Part shown: piece by piece, positions 39,475-48,941 of the stretch
Layout: every line of letters starts with the position of its first letter
How positions within the stretch are numbered: the first letter of the stretch is position 1
Translations under genes and position numbers: made by a program
The notes under the pieces: model-generated
Databases searched by the model: none
What the model was told of the DNA's origin: nothing
Seen by the model: the letters and a program-made list of their open reading frames with translations, nothing else
Assembly (NCBI GenBank): GCA_965116145.1
Contig: OZ220482.1
Location: forward strand, 1,089,450-1,153,449
Direction of reading: 5' to 3'
Length of the DNA: 64,000 nt
DNA from: Thermoanaerobaculia bacterium
GTDB lineage: Bacteria > Acidobacteriota > Thermoanaerobaculia > Multivoradales > Multivoraceae

Positions 39475-41404
39475 GCGTCACGTTCGAACGGTCATCGGGC
39501 TCCTGTCGGCCGCCATCTTCCTCGTCCTGGCCGCGCCGCCGGCCGGCGGCCAGATCCACCGGACATCGGACCCGGTGCGCCGCACCGATCTCCATCGCCA
39601 GGCAACGGTCGACCGGATGGTGATGGTACCGATGCGCGACGGCGTGCGCCTCGCCACCGAGATCTACCGGCCGCGCAATGTCGAGGGCCCGGTGCCTGCG
39701 GTCTTCTGGCGCACGCCCTACAACTTCAGTCCGCTGCCGGGGCCGAACCCGGGGCGGCCGAGCGCTCTGCTCAAGTTCGGACTCGATGCGATCGAGCGCG
39801 GCTACGCCTTCGTGGTGCAGAACGAGCGCGGCAGGTTCTTCTCGGAGGGCGACTGGGAGATCCTCGGGCGGCCGCGCACGGACGGCTACGACGCGCTGAC
39901 CTGGATCACCGAGCAGTCGTGGTCCAACGGCAGGGTCGCCACGCTCGGCTGCTCGTCGACCGCCGAGTGGCAGATGGGCCTCGCCGCGATGCGCCACCCG
40001 GGTCACGCCGCCGCCGTGCCCATGGGCCAGGGCGCCGGCATCGGCCGCATGGGGCCGTTCTTCGAGCAGGGGAACTTCTACCGGGGCGGCGCCCTCCAGT
40101 TGCCGATGGCGGTGTGGCTCTACGGCGAGCAGAACACGCAGCGGCCGACCTTCCCGCCGGGGACCAGCCGCGAGGACCTTGAGCGGCTCGCGACCTACTT
40201 CGATCTCGCAGCAAAGATGCCGGCCGTCGACTGGCGGCAGGCGCTCTGGCACCTCCCCATCCAGACGCTGATGGAGTCTGTCGGCGGTCCGAAGGGGATC
40301 TTCCGCGAGTTTGCGGCGCGGACCCCGAACGACCCGGCCTGGTACGAGGGCGGCCTGTACCACGACGACGAGCCGTTCGGAGTGCCGGCGCTCTGGGTCA
40401 ACTCCTGGTACGACCTGTCCGTCTCTCCGAACCTGGCCCTCTACGGCCATGTCCGCAACAGCGCCGATCCGGAGGTGCGCGACCACCAGTACATGGTCAT
40501 CGCACCGAGTCTCCACTGCAACATGTACCGGCTCACCAACCCGCTGATCGTCGGCGAGCGGGATTTCGGCGACACGGAGTTCGGCTTCGACGAGATGCTC
40601 TGGGGCTTCCTCGACCGCTTCACCAGGCCGGAGGCAAACGGCTTCGAACACCGCTATGCCAGGGTCCGCTACTTCCTGATGGGCGAGGACCGCTGGCGGA
40701 ACGCGGACAACTGGCCGCCCGCAGGAACAGAACCGATGACGCTCTACCTGGACAGCGACGGCAACGCCAACGGCGCCGCCGGAGACGGCAGGCTGACAGC
40801 GGATCCCCCGGCTCAGGGCGCCGCCGCCGACCGCTTCGTCTACGACCCCGCATCACCGGTGCCGACCCGCGGCGGCGCCTTCTGCTGCATGGGCAGCTAC
40901 CGGCCCGGCGCGTTCGACCAGCGCGGCGTCGAGGCCCGCGCCGACGTGCTGGTCTACACGACCGCACCGTTCACGGAACCGCTGACGGCGGCCGGCCCCG
41001 TCGAGGTCGTCCTGCACGTCTCGTCCGACGCTCCCGACACCGACTTCACGGTCAAGCTGGTCGATGTCCACCCGGACGGCCGCGCCTTCAACCTGGACGA
41101 CACCATCCTCCGCATGCGCTACCGCGAGGGATTCGACCGGGAGGTCCGCATGGAAGCCGGCGAGATCCACGAGGCGAGGCCGGGACCGCTCGCCACCGCC
41201 AACGTCTTCGGCGTCGGCCACCGCCTGCGGATCGAGATCTCGAGCAGCAACTTCCCGCGCTACGACCGCAACCTGAACACCGGTGGCAACAACCACGACG
41301 AGAGCGAATGGCGGGTGGCCCGGAACGCGGTCCACCACACCGCGGAACATCCCTCGCGGATCGTGCTGACGGTGCTGCCCCGCAGTTCGGACACGGATCC
41401 GTAG
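39473..41404 (+). CDS. CocE/NonD-family hydrolase (peptidase S15, Xaa-Pro dipeptidyl-peptidase-like), secreted
   Basis: Signal peptide MRHVRTVIGLLSAAIFLVLAAPPAGG; the track ORF starts at 39329. Catalytic-Ser block GCSSTAEW and a C-terminal beta-sandwich domain. Confidence 0.85.
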   Translation: MRHVRTVIGLLSAAIFLVLAAPPAGGQIHRTSDPVRRTDLHRQATVDRMVMVPMRDGVRLATEIYRPRNVEGPVPAVFWRTPYNFSPLPGPNPGRPSALLKFGLDAIERGYAFVVQNERGRFFSEGDWEILGRPRTDGYDALTWITEQSWSNGRVATLGCSSTAEWQMGLAAMRHPGHAAAVPMGQGAGIGRMGPFFEQGNFYRGGALQLPMAVWLYGEQNTQRPTFPPGTSREDLERLATYFDLAAKMPAVDWRQALWHLPIQTLMESVGGPKGIFREFAARTPNDPAWYEGGLYHDDEPFGVPALWVNSWYDLSVSPNLALYGHVRNSADPEVRDHQYMVIAPSLHCNMYRLTNPLIVGERDFGDTEFGFDEMLWGFLDRFTRPEANGFEHRYARVRYFLMGEDRWRNADNWPPAGTEPMTLYLDSDGNANGAAGDGRLTADPPAQGAAADRFVYDPASPVPTRGGAFCCMGSYRPGAFDQRGVEARADVLVYTTAPFTEPLTAAGPVEVVLHVSSDAPDTDFTVKLVDVHPDGRAFNLDDTILRMRYREGFDREVRMEAGEIHEARPGPLATANVFGVGHRLRIEISSSNFPRYDRNLNTGGNNHDESEWRVARNAVHHTAEHPSRIVLTVLPRSSDTDP

Positions 41405-41472
41405 CCTCAGCCCGCAGGATCGTCGCGCCCGCGATCGGCGGTCCGGCGCCGGGCGCCGCGCTGACGACCGGT

Positions 41473-42561
41473 CTACTCGCCGCCGCCGGCAGATGCGAGC
41501 GCATCCGCCTCGAGCAGCCGGGCGCCGCGCATCACGTTGCCCAGCGCGTAGTTGCCTTCGTGGCAGGCGTACTCGAAGACCTTGTTGGGGGTTGACCGCC
41601 ACACGTACTCGCCGCTCCAGGCCGTCTCCCACACGTTCGGATCCTCGACCGTGAAGCCATAGAGCAGATCGCCGTTCGGCAGCCGCCGGAAGCGCTCCAC
41701 CACGTGCAGATCCCGTGTCGCCGAACCGAGAGCCGGCTCATCGACGAAGTTCGTCGTATCGACGACCAGGGTGTCGCCCTCCCACCAGCCGATCGAATCG
41801 CCCATCCACCGGCGCTCGGTGGCCGGAGCATGCTCGCCGTCGATCCGCACGACGCGCGCGTCGTGGACCATCTCGATCAGGATCATGACGTGGTTCCCGG
41901 TCTGCACGATCCGCTTGTGGTTGTTGTAGAGGGCCGGCAGCATCGGGGGGCCGCCGGTCGAACTGAAGCCGAGCAGGCAGCGCTCCGGATGCGGCCGCTG
42001 CTCCACGTTGTCGTAGGGGCCCGAACCGTCCTCGTTCTCCTCGAGCCACCAGGCGGTTCCTGTGTTCTTGTGGCCGAACGCCGCGAACTGGGCCGCCGCA
42101 CGCGCCATGCCGGCGGCGGTCATCTCGGGGTACTGGCCGTTCGGCGGATCGGTGATGATCGAAGTCCGCCACTTGCCGTCGATCCTGACCACGTTGTCGC
42201 CGGGATCCATGTAGAAGGCGTTGTAGCCGCCGCTGCCGCCGGACGCGACCTCGAGCCCGGGATCGAAGATCGGCGCACCGCCGACCGGAGGCGCTTCCCG
42301 GTTCGGGTCGCTGGGCTTGAAGTCCGCCTCGTAGATCTCCGTCTTGCGCCGGGAGATCGCGGCCGCCTCCTCGTCGCTCAGGGTCAGCCGGTCGCCGAAC
42401 TCGCGGGGACGCACGAGGGGCGTCAACGTCGCGGCGTCGTAGGCCCCGGTCAGATCGGGCCGGCCGTCGGACCGCCGCGGAATCTCGTCCTGCGAGACAA
42501 CAACGGCCGGGACCGCCAGAAGAGCCGCCAGGCTCAGGAAGGAAAGACGCTCCAGCTTCAT
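41473..42561 (-). CDS. secreted protein, paralog 1 of an unrecognised family (conserved C-terminal domain with WEGDTLVV and ACHEGNY motifs)
   Basis: The signal peptide MKLERLSFLSLAALLAVPAVVVSQ begins at an internal Met with the SD GGAGG 8 nt upstream; the track ORF 41473..42909 is over-extended. The C-terminal 150 aa are homologous to the C-termini of genes 45467..47305 and 47256..48107. Confidence 0.6.
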   Translation of the reverse strand: MKLERLSFLSLAALLAVPAVVVSQDEIPRRSDGRPDLTGAYDAATLTPLVRPREFGDRLTLSDEEAAAISRRKTEIYEADFKPSDPNREAPPVGGAPIFDPGLEVASGGSGGYNAFYMDPGDNVVRIDGKWRTSIITDPPNGQYPEMTAAGMARAAAQFAAFGHKNTGTAWWLEENEDGSGPYDNVEQRPHPERCLLGFSSTGGPPMLPALYNNHKRIVQTGNHVMILIEMVHDARVVRIDGEHAPATERRWMGDSIGWWEGDTLVVDTTNFVDEPALGSATRDLHVVERFRRLPNGDLLYGFTVEDPNVWETAWSGEYVWRSTPNKVFEYACHEGNYALGNVMRGARLLEADALASAGGGE

Positions 42562-42716
42562 TCCGGCACCTCCTGGTTCCAGGTCGTCAACGCAAGCCTC
42601 CCAAGGGCCGGGAGCTCGCACCGAAAGCACCAGCGTACCAGACCGCCGACCGACGCCGGCCACCGCAAACCGGACCTCGGCCCCGCGCGCAGCGTCGAGT
42701 TCTTCGGCACGAAACA

Positions 42717-42990
42717 CTACTCCTTCGGTTCCTCGAAGAACCGTGCGACCGCCCCGCCGGCGACGATCTCCTTGGCAGCGTAGCGGGTTGCGGTCTTCGG
42801 GTCCTTCCATCTGCCGGCCTGGATGAGCTCGGCAGTGGAGGCGCCCCGGGCGACCAGCGACTGGGCGCTGCCGATGCGCAGCGAGTGTCCGCTGATCCGG
42901 CCCTGACAACCGGCGGCTGTCGCCCGCCGCCGGATGCGCCTGCGGATCCCGCTCTGGCTGAGCGCCGTCTCGCCGACCGCGCCGCCCTTC
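42717..42990 (-). pseudogene. tyrosine recombinase (phage-integrase family) C-terminal fragment
   Basis: Only the last 85 codons of ORF 42717..43451 are integrase-like: GHSLRIGSAQSLVARGASTAELIQAGRWKDPKTATRYAAKEI, containing the HxxR box and the catalytic Tyr. The upstream part is Arg/Pro-rich junk, so this is a remnant. Confidence 0.55.
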
Positions 42991-43647
42991 GAGATGCTCC
43001 CTTGCTTCCCCTGTTCCTGCTCCTCTCCGGAGCTGCCTCCCTGCCCGCCAGCACGTCGCTTTCGTTGCCCGGCATCCCCGACTTCCGGCTGCCGTCGGCA
43101 GGATCGGTCGACACGGTGTCGCCGGCGGCCACGGGCGGCCGGCGCCCCTACACCTACAGCGTCAGCGGCCTGCCGTCCGGGACCGGGACGCGGAGGCGGC
43201 GGCCGACCGCGAGCACCTGGGAGAGCTGGACTGGTAGGGGCCGTCGTGGCCGTGCACGCTCCGAGGCGCTGTCCCCGGCGCTCACGACGAAGAGCTGCTC
43301 GGCATCGACTCTGCCCTCGGACGGAAACGAAGCCAGGCGAGTCACCAGACGGCAGAGACAACAGACGAGAACCGGCTCGGTGTCCCGACGGCTCCAGACT
43401 CGTTCGGCTACCAGCCTGATCCCGCCCTCGTCGGGTGTTCGCCATGGTCACCGAATCACGGCTGTTCGTCTACTGCGATCGTCGACCGGCGGCGGTTCTG
43501 GCGGGAAGCGGGGGATCAACGTGTCGGCCGCCAGGACCTACGTGCTCAGGCTGTCGTTTGACGTGTCGGTAGAGTTGACGGGAACGACCATCGACTTCTG
43601 GTCGATTCGGCCGGCCGGCCGACCGACGAGCAGAAGAACAGGGATGG

Positions 43648-45069
43648 GTGCTGATGCGAACACGACTTGCTGACATGACGTTTTTCTGGCTGCTGGTCAC
43701 CCTCGGTGCGGCGCCTGCTGCCGTGGCAGACGACAACACACTTCAGATGAGCAGGAACAGCTTCATCGACGCCTTTGTGACAGACACGGGACGAGCGGTT
43801 CTGGCGATCCATCCTTCTCCGGCCCCGGAGTCTCCTCATACAACACTCGTTTCCTGGAACGGAGCCGTCGCCAGAACACTCGAGATCGACCTCGACGTGA
43901 AGGCGCTCCGAGAGCTGACCGGCGACAGGCTCATGGTGCGGGGCTTCAAACGAGCGGATGGCCCCGAACCGGACCAGATCCGATGGCCTTGGCCCTTGGC
44001 CTATGGCTTCAGGGTCTATCGAGTGACCGAGTCCGGTTTCAGGCTCGAAGAGGAGTTCGACCTCGAGCCCGAGTGGGTCGAGCCGGGTTGGGTCGAGGTT
44101 TCGCCCGATTTGAGGTTGTGGGTAGGGATGACGGACTTGTATCCTCCGTACGAAGATCGTGTGCCACCTTCCGCTCTGGGGAGACGGTTTGCCTTCGGCA
44201 GCGTCAAGTCGGGCCGTTTGTTGCGGACCATGGATGTCGAGCTCTTCGCGGCGGCTCCGCTCGAGGACGACGTTGTGGCCTTTCGGATTCTGGGCTCGGA
44301 AGGGCCGATCGTACTTGCTTCCTACAGCACCAGCCTCTTCCTGCTGCGCTTCTTCGATGAAGGCGTGGACACGGTGCCGGTCGATCACCTGAGGGCGGCG
44401 GTGGAGCCCAGTGGAGGCGACCTTCGCGTGATCTGGCAAGACGACGAGAACATCCTCTGGGCTCTCGTGTCCAACGAGTGGCTGGCGTACGACCTGTGGA
44501 ATCTCGCGTACGCGTCTTCTGTCCCTCGGGAGCCGTTTCTTCGGCGCAAGGCGGCCGCCGGCCGACCGCATGCTGCCCGCGGCTTCGTTGAAGTGCAGGA
44601 ACGGACTGATGGCGCCTTTCGGGTCCGGCATGTCTGGCAGAGTCCGCAGTTTCCGGACTGGCAGGAAGAGCATCTGTCCGACTGGCAAGTTGGCAAGGCC
44701 CCAAGGAGTCCGATCGTGAGTGCGAACGGCCGCCACCTTCTGATTGTCGATGTCAGTCGTTCAGAAGAACGAGTGGACAGCACGATGGCACGGCGCATCG
44801 GACTGACGCGTGCACCGTCTCGACTGCCGCCGGAGGCTGCGCGGCAGAGAAAGAGCCGGCGGAAGGACCGGGATCGGCTGACGACGCCCACTGATGCGCC
44901 GGTCATCCCGTCACGGCGACAGCCCTCGTCACGGTCCACGCCAGGTCAGGGCTGGCCGCGGTTGTCGTACGGTGCTCCGGTGCCTGACGAACCGGCGAAC
45001 AGGCGGCGGCCGTCTGGCAGGGTGACGTCGCGGCCGTTCGCCCGCGGGGCGCCGTCGATCGCCTGGTAG
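43648..45069 (+). CDS. hypothetical secreted protein in a lower-GC segment; the 3' extent is uncertain
   Basis: Signal peptide MTFFWLLVTLGAAPAAVA. GC of 43.4-44.8 kb is about 58 % versus about 68 % for the flanks. The last 120 codons are Arg/Pro/Ser-rich and overlap the convergent DUF6152-like gene, so the true stop may be earlier, or the gene may be decayed. Confidence 0.35.
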   Translation: MLMRTRLADMTFFWLLVTLGAAPAAVADDNTLQMSRNSFIDAFVTDTGRAVLAIHPSPAPESPHTTLVSWNGAVARTLEIDLDVKALRELTGDRLMVRGFKRADGPEPDQIRWPWPLAYGFRVYRVTESGFRLEEEFDLEPEWVEPGWVEVSPDLRLWVGMTDLYPPYEDRVPPSALGRRFAFGSVKSGRLLRTMDVELFAAAPLEDDVVAFRILGSEGPIVLASYSTSLFLLRFFDEGVDTVPVDHLRAAVEPSGGDLRVIWQDDENILWALVSNEWLAYDLWNLAYASSVPREPFLRRKAAAGRPHAARGFVEVQERTDGAFRVRHVWQSPQFPDWQEEHLSDWQVGKAPRSPIVSANGRHLLIVDVSRSEERVDSTMARRIGLTRAPSRLPPEAARQRKSRRKDRDRLTTPTDAPVIPSRRQPSSRSTPGQGWPRLSYGAPVPDEPANRRRPSGRVTSRPFARGAPSIAW

Positions 45070-45470
45070 CCCTCGACCAGCACCTCGGTGCCCGGCGCGA
45101 CCGAGTCCTTCTTCCAGCCCCGCCGGACCAGGGCGCCCGGCGGGCCGCACTCGACCATCCAGGCCGTCACGGCGCCGTCCTCGTCCGTGACGTCGATGTG
45201 GATCCAGGCATGCGGGTTCACCCACTCGACCTTCGTCACCTTGCCGCGCAGCCGCACCGGCTTCGTTGCGTCGAACTCGGCGGCGAAGGCATGGTGGGCG
45301 GCCGAGGGCCTGGGCGGCGTGAACATCACCAGGCCCAGGGACACGGCGATGACGGAAGCCGGGAGGACAAGGCTGCCGGAGATCTCCACCGTCGGCGCTT
45401 GCCCGGCGCCTTGCGGTCCACGCGCCGGTCGGACGTTGCGCTCGGCGCGCTGCCTGGTTCTCCACTTCAT
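44946..45470 (-). CDS. DUF6152-like small secreted protein
   Basis: An internal Met gives MKWRTRQRAERN..., then a signal/TM segment, then HHAFAAEFDATKPVRLRGKVTKVEWVNPHAWIHIDV, a pattern I recall for DUF6152. The track ORF runs to 45674. Confidence 0.55.
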   Translation of the reverse strand: MKWRTRQRAERNVRPARGPQGAGQAPTVEISGSLVLPASVIAVSLGLVMFTPPRPSAAHHAFAAEFDATKPVRLRGKVTKVEWVNPHAWIHIDVTDEDGAVTAWMVECGPPGALVRRGWKKDSVAPGTEVLVEGYQAIDGAPRANGRDVTLPDGRRLFAGSSGTGAPYDNRGQP

Positions 45471-47305
45471 GGTCTGGCCTCCTGACCGGCGCCCGCATCG
45501 GCCTCCGCCCCGGTAGCGGCCGCGGCGGCCGCAGCCTCCTCGCGGTCGCGGGCCCGGGCGCCGGAGAGGATGTTCGTCATTCCGTAGTTGCCCTCGTGGC
45601 AGGCGTACTCGACGAGCTCGTACTGCTCGTTGTCGAGCTCGAACTCGAAGCGGGCCGTCCAGGGACGGGTCCACACGGTCGGATCGTCGACCGTGAACCG
45701 GTACTCCAGCCGATGCGGACCAAGGCGGGTGTAGCGCTCGGTGAGCTTCAGCTTCTCGCCGGCGCCGCGGTAGGCCGCGCGGCCGTTGAAGTTCGTGACC
45801 TCGACGACCAGGGTGTCACCCTCCCAGCGTCCCTGGGAATCGCCCAGCCACTGCCGGATCCCGGCGCCCAGGGGCTCCCGCGGTGCGGTGGGGATGACCC
45901 GGGTCTCGTGGATCATCTCCTTCTGGATGGCGACGAAGCCGGGACTCTGGCTGATCTGCAGGCCGTTGTTGTAGATGGAGGGCATCATCAGTCCCGGCAG
46001 TCCGCGGGTGATGCAGCGGACGTAGGGTGTCAGGTCTTCGGGCCCGGCGGGGCGGCGGCGCACGTAGTCGCCGAACGAAGCGGCGGCGCTGCGCCGACTC
46101 TCCTGCGCCTCTTCGGTCAGGGGCGGCAGGCGGCCGTCCGGCGGATCGACGACCATCGCCACCTGCCGCGACGGCGCCGACTTGACATAGCCGAGGGTCG
46201 TGTCGCGCCACTCGCGCTCGTAGCCCCAGATGCTCCCCAGGGTGCCCCGCTCGCGGCGAGCGGCCGCCTCCTCGGCGGTCAGTTCCTCCCGATCGGCCAG
46301 CTCTTCCGGCCGCTCCAGCGGAATCCCGTGCGCCTTGTTGCCCGACCACATCCCCTGCAGATCGGGAGCGCCCCAGGGAGTCCGCGGCACGACGTACGGC
46401 TCGGCCAGCGCAACGTCCTCCGGGTCCGCCGCTCGGAACCCGTCGTCGACGCCGCGCCAGCCGGATTCGAGCACCGCCACCCGCACGTTGTCCGGGGCGG
46501 CGATGAAGCCGCGGCGGGCCTCGGAACGCCCGCCGTCGGGCCGCGCCGGATCGCGGGTGAAGCGGACGCCCCGGTCACGCAGGCCGACGGCGGCCGTGTC
46601 GAGGTCGGCGAGTTCGAAGGCCAGATGGTCGATCGCCCGGCCGACGCTCGGCGCCGGATCGCCCTCGGGATGCCGCGAAGCAAACAGCCAGACCTCGCCG
46701 AACCGGAGGCCGTCGAGCGTGCCGCGCAGGGTCTCCGGCACGCCGCCGAGGGCCTCGCGGTACCAGCCGAGGGTCCGCTCCGGGTCCCGTGCGCTCAGGT
46801 GGACGTGATGAAAGCCGGGCGTATCCGGGTCTTCGACCAGCTCGATCCGCGTCCCCCAGGGATCGAAGATCCGGCCGACCCGGAACAGGCCGGGCTCCTC
46901 GCGCAGGGTCGAACCGTCGTCGTAGCGCTGCAGACGGACACCGGAGCCACGCACGCCGACCGCCTCCAGCTCGGCCATCTTCTCCTCCAGATCGGGGAAC
47001 GAGAAGCCGATGTGGTCGATGCCCGTGCCCTGGCTTGAACCCATGATCGGGCCCTGGGTGAACTCGATCACCGCGTTGCCGCAGTCGATCGCCTCGGCGC
47101 GCTCCGCGATCGGCTCGCAGTCCAGATGCCGCTCGTACCACTTGACCGCCTCGCTGCGGGCGGACGTGGTCAGTTGCACGGCGAGGCCGCCGTCAGCCCC
47201 GGCCGGGACCGCCGCCGTCAGCGCCAGCAGCAACGCCGCGGGCACGGCCGGGACGCTACGGATCGCCGTCGGTCGGAGGTTCTTCGCGTCGTCGCAGATG
47301 GCCAT
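45467..47305 (-). CDS. secreted fusion protein: tandem VOC (glyoxalase / bleomycin-resistance / extradiol-dioxygenase) domains plus the paralog-family C-terminal domain (paralog 2)
   Basis: Signal peptide after MAICDD. Two VOC-like repeats (GIDHIGFSFPDLEE...WGTRIELVE and AIDHLAFELADLD...). The C-terminus WLGDSQGRWEGDTLVVEVTNFN...YELVEYACHEGNY is homologous to paralogs 1 and 3. Confidence 0.7.
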   Translation of the reverse strand: MAICDDAKNLRPTAIRSVPAVPAALLLALTAAVPAGADGGLAVQLTTSARSEAVKWYERHLDCEPIAERAEAIDCGNAVIEFTQGPIMGSSQGTGIDHIGFSFPDLEEKMAELEAVGVRGSGVRLQRYDDGSTLREEPGLFRVGRIFDPWGTRIELVEDPDTPGFHHVHLSARDPERTLGWYREALGGVPETLRGTLDGLRFGEVWLFASRHPEGDPAPSVGRAIDHLAFELADLDTAAVGLRDRGVRFTRDPARPDGGRSEARRGFIAAPDNVRVAVLESGWRGVDDGFRAADPEDVALAEPYVVPRTPWGAPDLQGMWSGNKAHGIPLERPEELADREELTAEEAAARRERGTLGSIWGYEREWRDTTLGYVKSAPSRQVAMVVDPPDGRLPPLTEEAQESRRSAAASFGDYVRRRPAGPEDLTPYVRCITRGLPGLMMPSIYNNGLQISQSPGFVAIQKEMIHETRVIPTAPREPLGAGIRQWLGDSQGRWEGDTLVVEVTNFNGRAAYRGAGEKLKLTERYTRLGPHRLEYRFTVDDPTVWTRPWTARFEFELDNEQYELVEYACHEGNYGMTNILSGARARDREEAAAAAAATGAEADAGAGQEARP

Positions 47306-48107
47306 AGAGCAGCTCCTCGGAAAACTCGACACACTTGTACTCCAGCACCCGGACGTTCTGCTCCAGGCGCCGGTAGAGCGGCATGCGGATCGTCCAGGCG
47401 CGGGTGAAGACCTTCGGATCCTCGAGCGTCGCCTCGTAGATCATGGTGTTCGGACCGGTCGGCGTGTAACGCTCGACCACGCGCAACGTGTCGCTCGCGA
47501 AGTTGCCGGCACGGTCCAACCAGCCCTGGCCGTTGAAGCCGGCAGCCTCCACGACCAGGGTGTCTCCCTCCCAGCGGCCGTGCGACCGCCCCATCCAGCT
47601 ATCGATCGGCGCCGGCTCCGGATTCTGCTTGTCCATGTGGATCGTCCGGTTCGCCTCGGCGAAACCGTAGACGACCATGATGTGGGTCGTGCCCTGGAGA
47701 ATCCGGAACGGAAACGGCATGTAGGTCGCGCGCGGCACCCCCGGCAGATAGCACTTCGCCTCCGGGTCCTCGCGCCAGCGGTTCTCGAAATTCTGCCGCT
47801 GCTGCTTGCGGGCCCAGTCCTGATAGGGGATCTCGCCGCCGACAACGACGCCCTGGCCGGGCGGCATCGCGGTGAGCGTTCCGTACTCCGAAGGGCCGGC
47901 GGCGGCGGAATGGCCCTCGAGGTTCCAGTGCGCGGTGTTGATCGCCTGCCAGACACCGTTGATGTCCGGGTTGCCGTCGTGGTGCCGGGGGATCGAGTCG
48001 CCGCTCTGCGCCAGGGACGGCGCGGTGAGCGCCAGAGCCAGGAACAGCGCCGTCAGCAACCGTGGCAGCCGCGCCCCATCCAGTACGTCCTGCAATCGCT
48101 TCCTCAT
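47256..48107 (-). CDS. secreted protein, paralog 3 of the same unrecognised family
   Basis: 283 aa with a signal peptide; ...HIMVVYGFAEANRTIHMD...WMGRSHGRWEGDTLVVEAAGFN...VLEYKCVEF. It shares DG.PD..G.W and C...G.P blocks with paralogs 1 and 2. Confidence 0.65.
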   Translation of the reverse strand: MRKRLQDVLDGARLPRLLTALFLALALTAPSLAQSGDSIPRHHDGNPDINGVWQAINTAHWNLEGHSAAAGPSEYGTLTAMPPGQGVVVGGEIPYQDWARKQQRQNFENRWREDPEAKCYLPGVPRATYMPFPFRILQGTTHIMVVYGFAEANRTIHMDKQNPEPAPIDSWMGRSHGRWEGDTLVVEAAGFNGQGWLDRAGNFASDTLRVVERYTPTGPNTMIYEATLEDPKVFTRAWTIRMPLYRRLEQNVRVLEYKCVEFSEELLYGHLRRREEPPTDGDP

Positions 48108-48245
48108 CGCGGAAGGGTGAACATCGTCGGGTGGATGGACAGCATAGCCCAGCCAAGGCCGGCGCTACCTGCCGGATGCAGGTGGGACTGGACACAGGAC
48201 CCGAATCAGACTAGTCTGATCGACCAGACGGTACTGGAGAAGACG

Positions 48246-48491
48246 ATGACGACGATCGGCGCCTACGAAGCCAAGACCCACCTGCCGCGACTCCTCGACC
48301 GCGTCGGCCTCGGTGAATCCCTGACCATCACCCGACACGGGCGGCCGATTGCCCGGCTGACACCCATCGAGAAGGACGACCGGGAACGCGCCGCCGAGGC
48401 GGCCCGGCGCATCGAAGAGCGGCGCCGGCGGCTCGGACAGGCGACCCTGGCCGAGCTGATCGACTCGATCCACGAAGGTCACCGCTATTGA
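48246..48491 (+). CDS. Phd/YefM-family antitoxin
   Basis: This is the last 82 codons of track ORF 47010..48491. MTTIGAYEAKTHLPRLLDRVGLGESLTITRHGRPIARLTPIE is the classic Phd/YefM N-terminus. Confidence 0.8.
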   Translation: MTTIGAYEAKTHLPRLLDRVGLGESLTITRHGRPIARLTPIEKDDRERAAEAARRIEERRRRLGQATLAELIDSIHEGHRY

Positions 48492-48910
48492 GCGTCCTCG
48501 TTGTCGACAACTCCATCGTGCTCTGCTGGTGTCTGGCGGACGAGGTCGATCCGCTGGCGCAGCACGCACTGCTCCTGACCATCGGGCAGGGCGCGGTCGC
48601 TCCACGGCTCTGGCGGTACGAGCTCTGCAACGCGTTGCTCGTCAACGAGCGGCGGGGGCGCCTGAAGGCCGCCGACACTCGCGCCGCCCTCTTCGACCTC
48701 GATCAGATGCGTATCGAGCTCGACGTCGACCACGACGAGCCGAAGGTCCTCGACCTGGCGCGCAGAGGCGATCTCACCGCGTACGACGCCGCCTACCTCG
48801 AGGTCGCACGGCGCCGCGGCCTGCCGCTGGCGACCCTGGATCAGCGGCTTCGGGATGCCGCCGCCGCGGATGGAACGCCGCTGCTCGACGACGGGCCGGC
48901 AGGGCCATAG
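48488..48910 (+). CDS. vapC: PIN-domain toxin (VapC family)
   Basis: 140 aa. A TTG start overlaps the antitoxin stop (TTGA). VVDNSIVLCW...D...AYDAAYLEVA carries PIN acidic residues. Confidence 0.8.
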   Translation: MSVLVVDNSIVLCWCLADEVDPLAQHALLLTIGQGAVAPRLWRYELCNALLVNERRGRLKAADTRAALFDLDQMRIELDVDHDEPKVLDLARRGDLTAYDAAYLEVARRRGLPLATLDQRLRDAAAADGTPLLDDGPAGP

Positions 48911-48941
48911 CCGCGAGTCAGCGGCGCCACGGGCTGCTACG

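Noticed and set aside
47010-48491. 493-aa plus-strand ORF
   Set aside because: Only the last 82 codons (from the ATG at 48246) are a Phd/YefM antitoxin. The remainder is antisense to paralog 3 (47256..48107).
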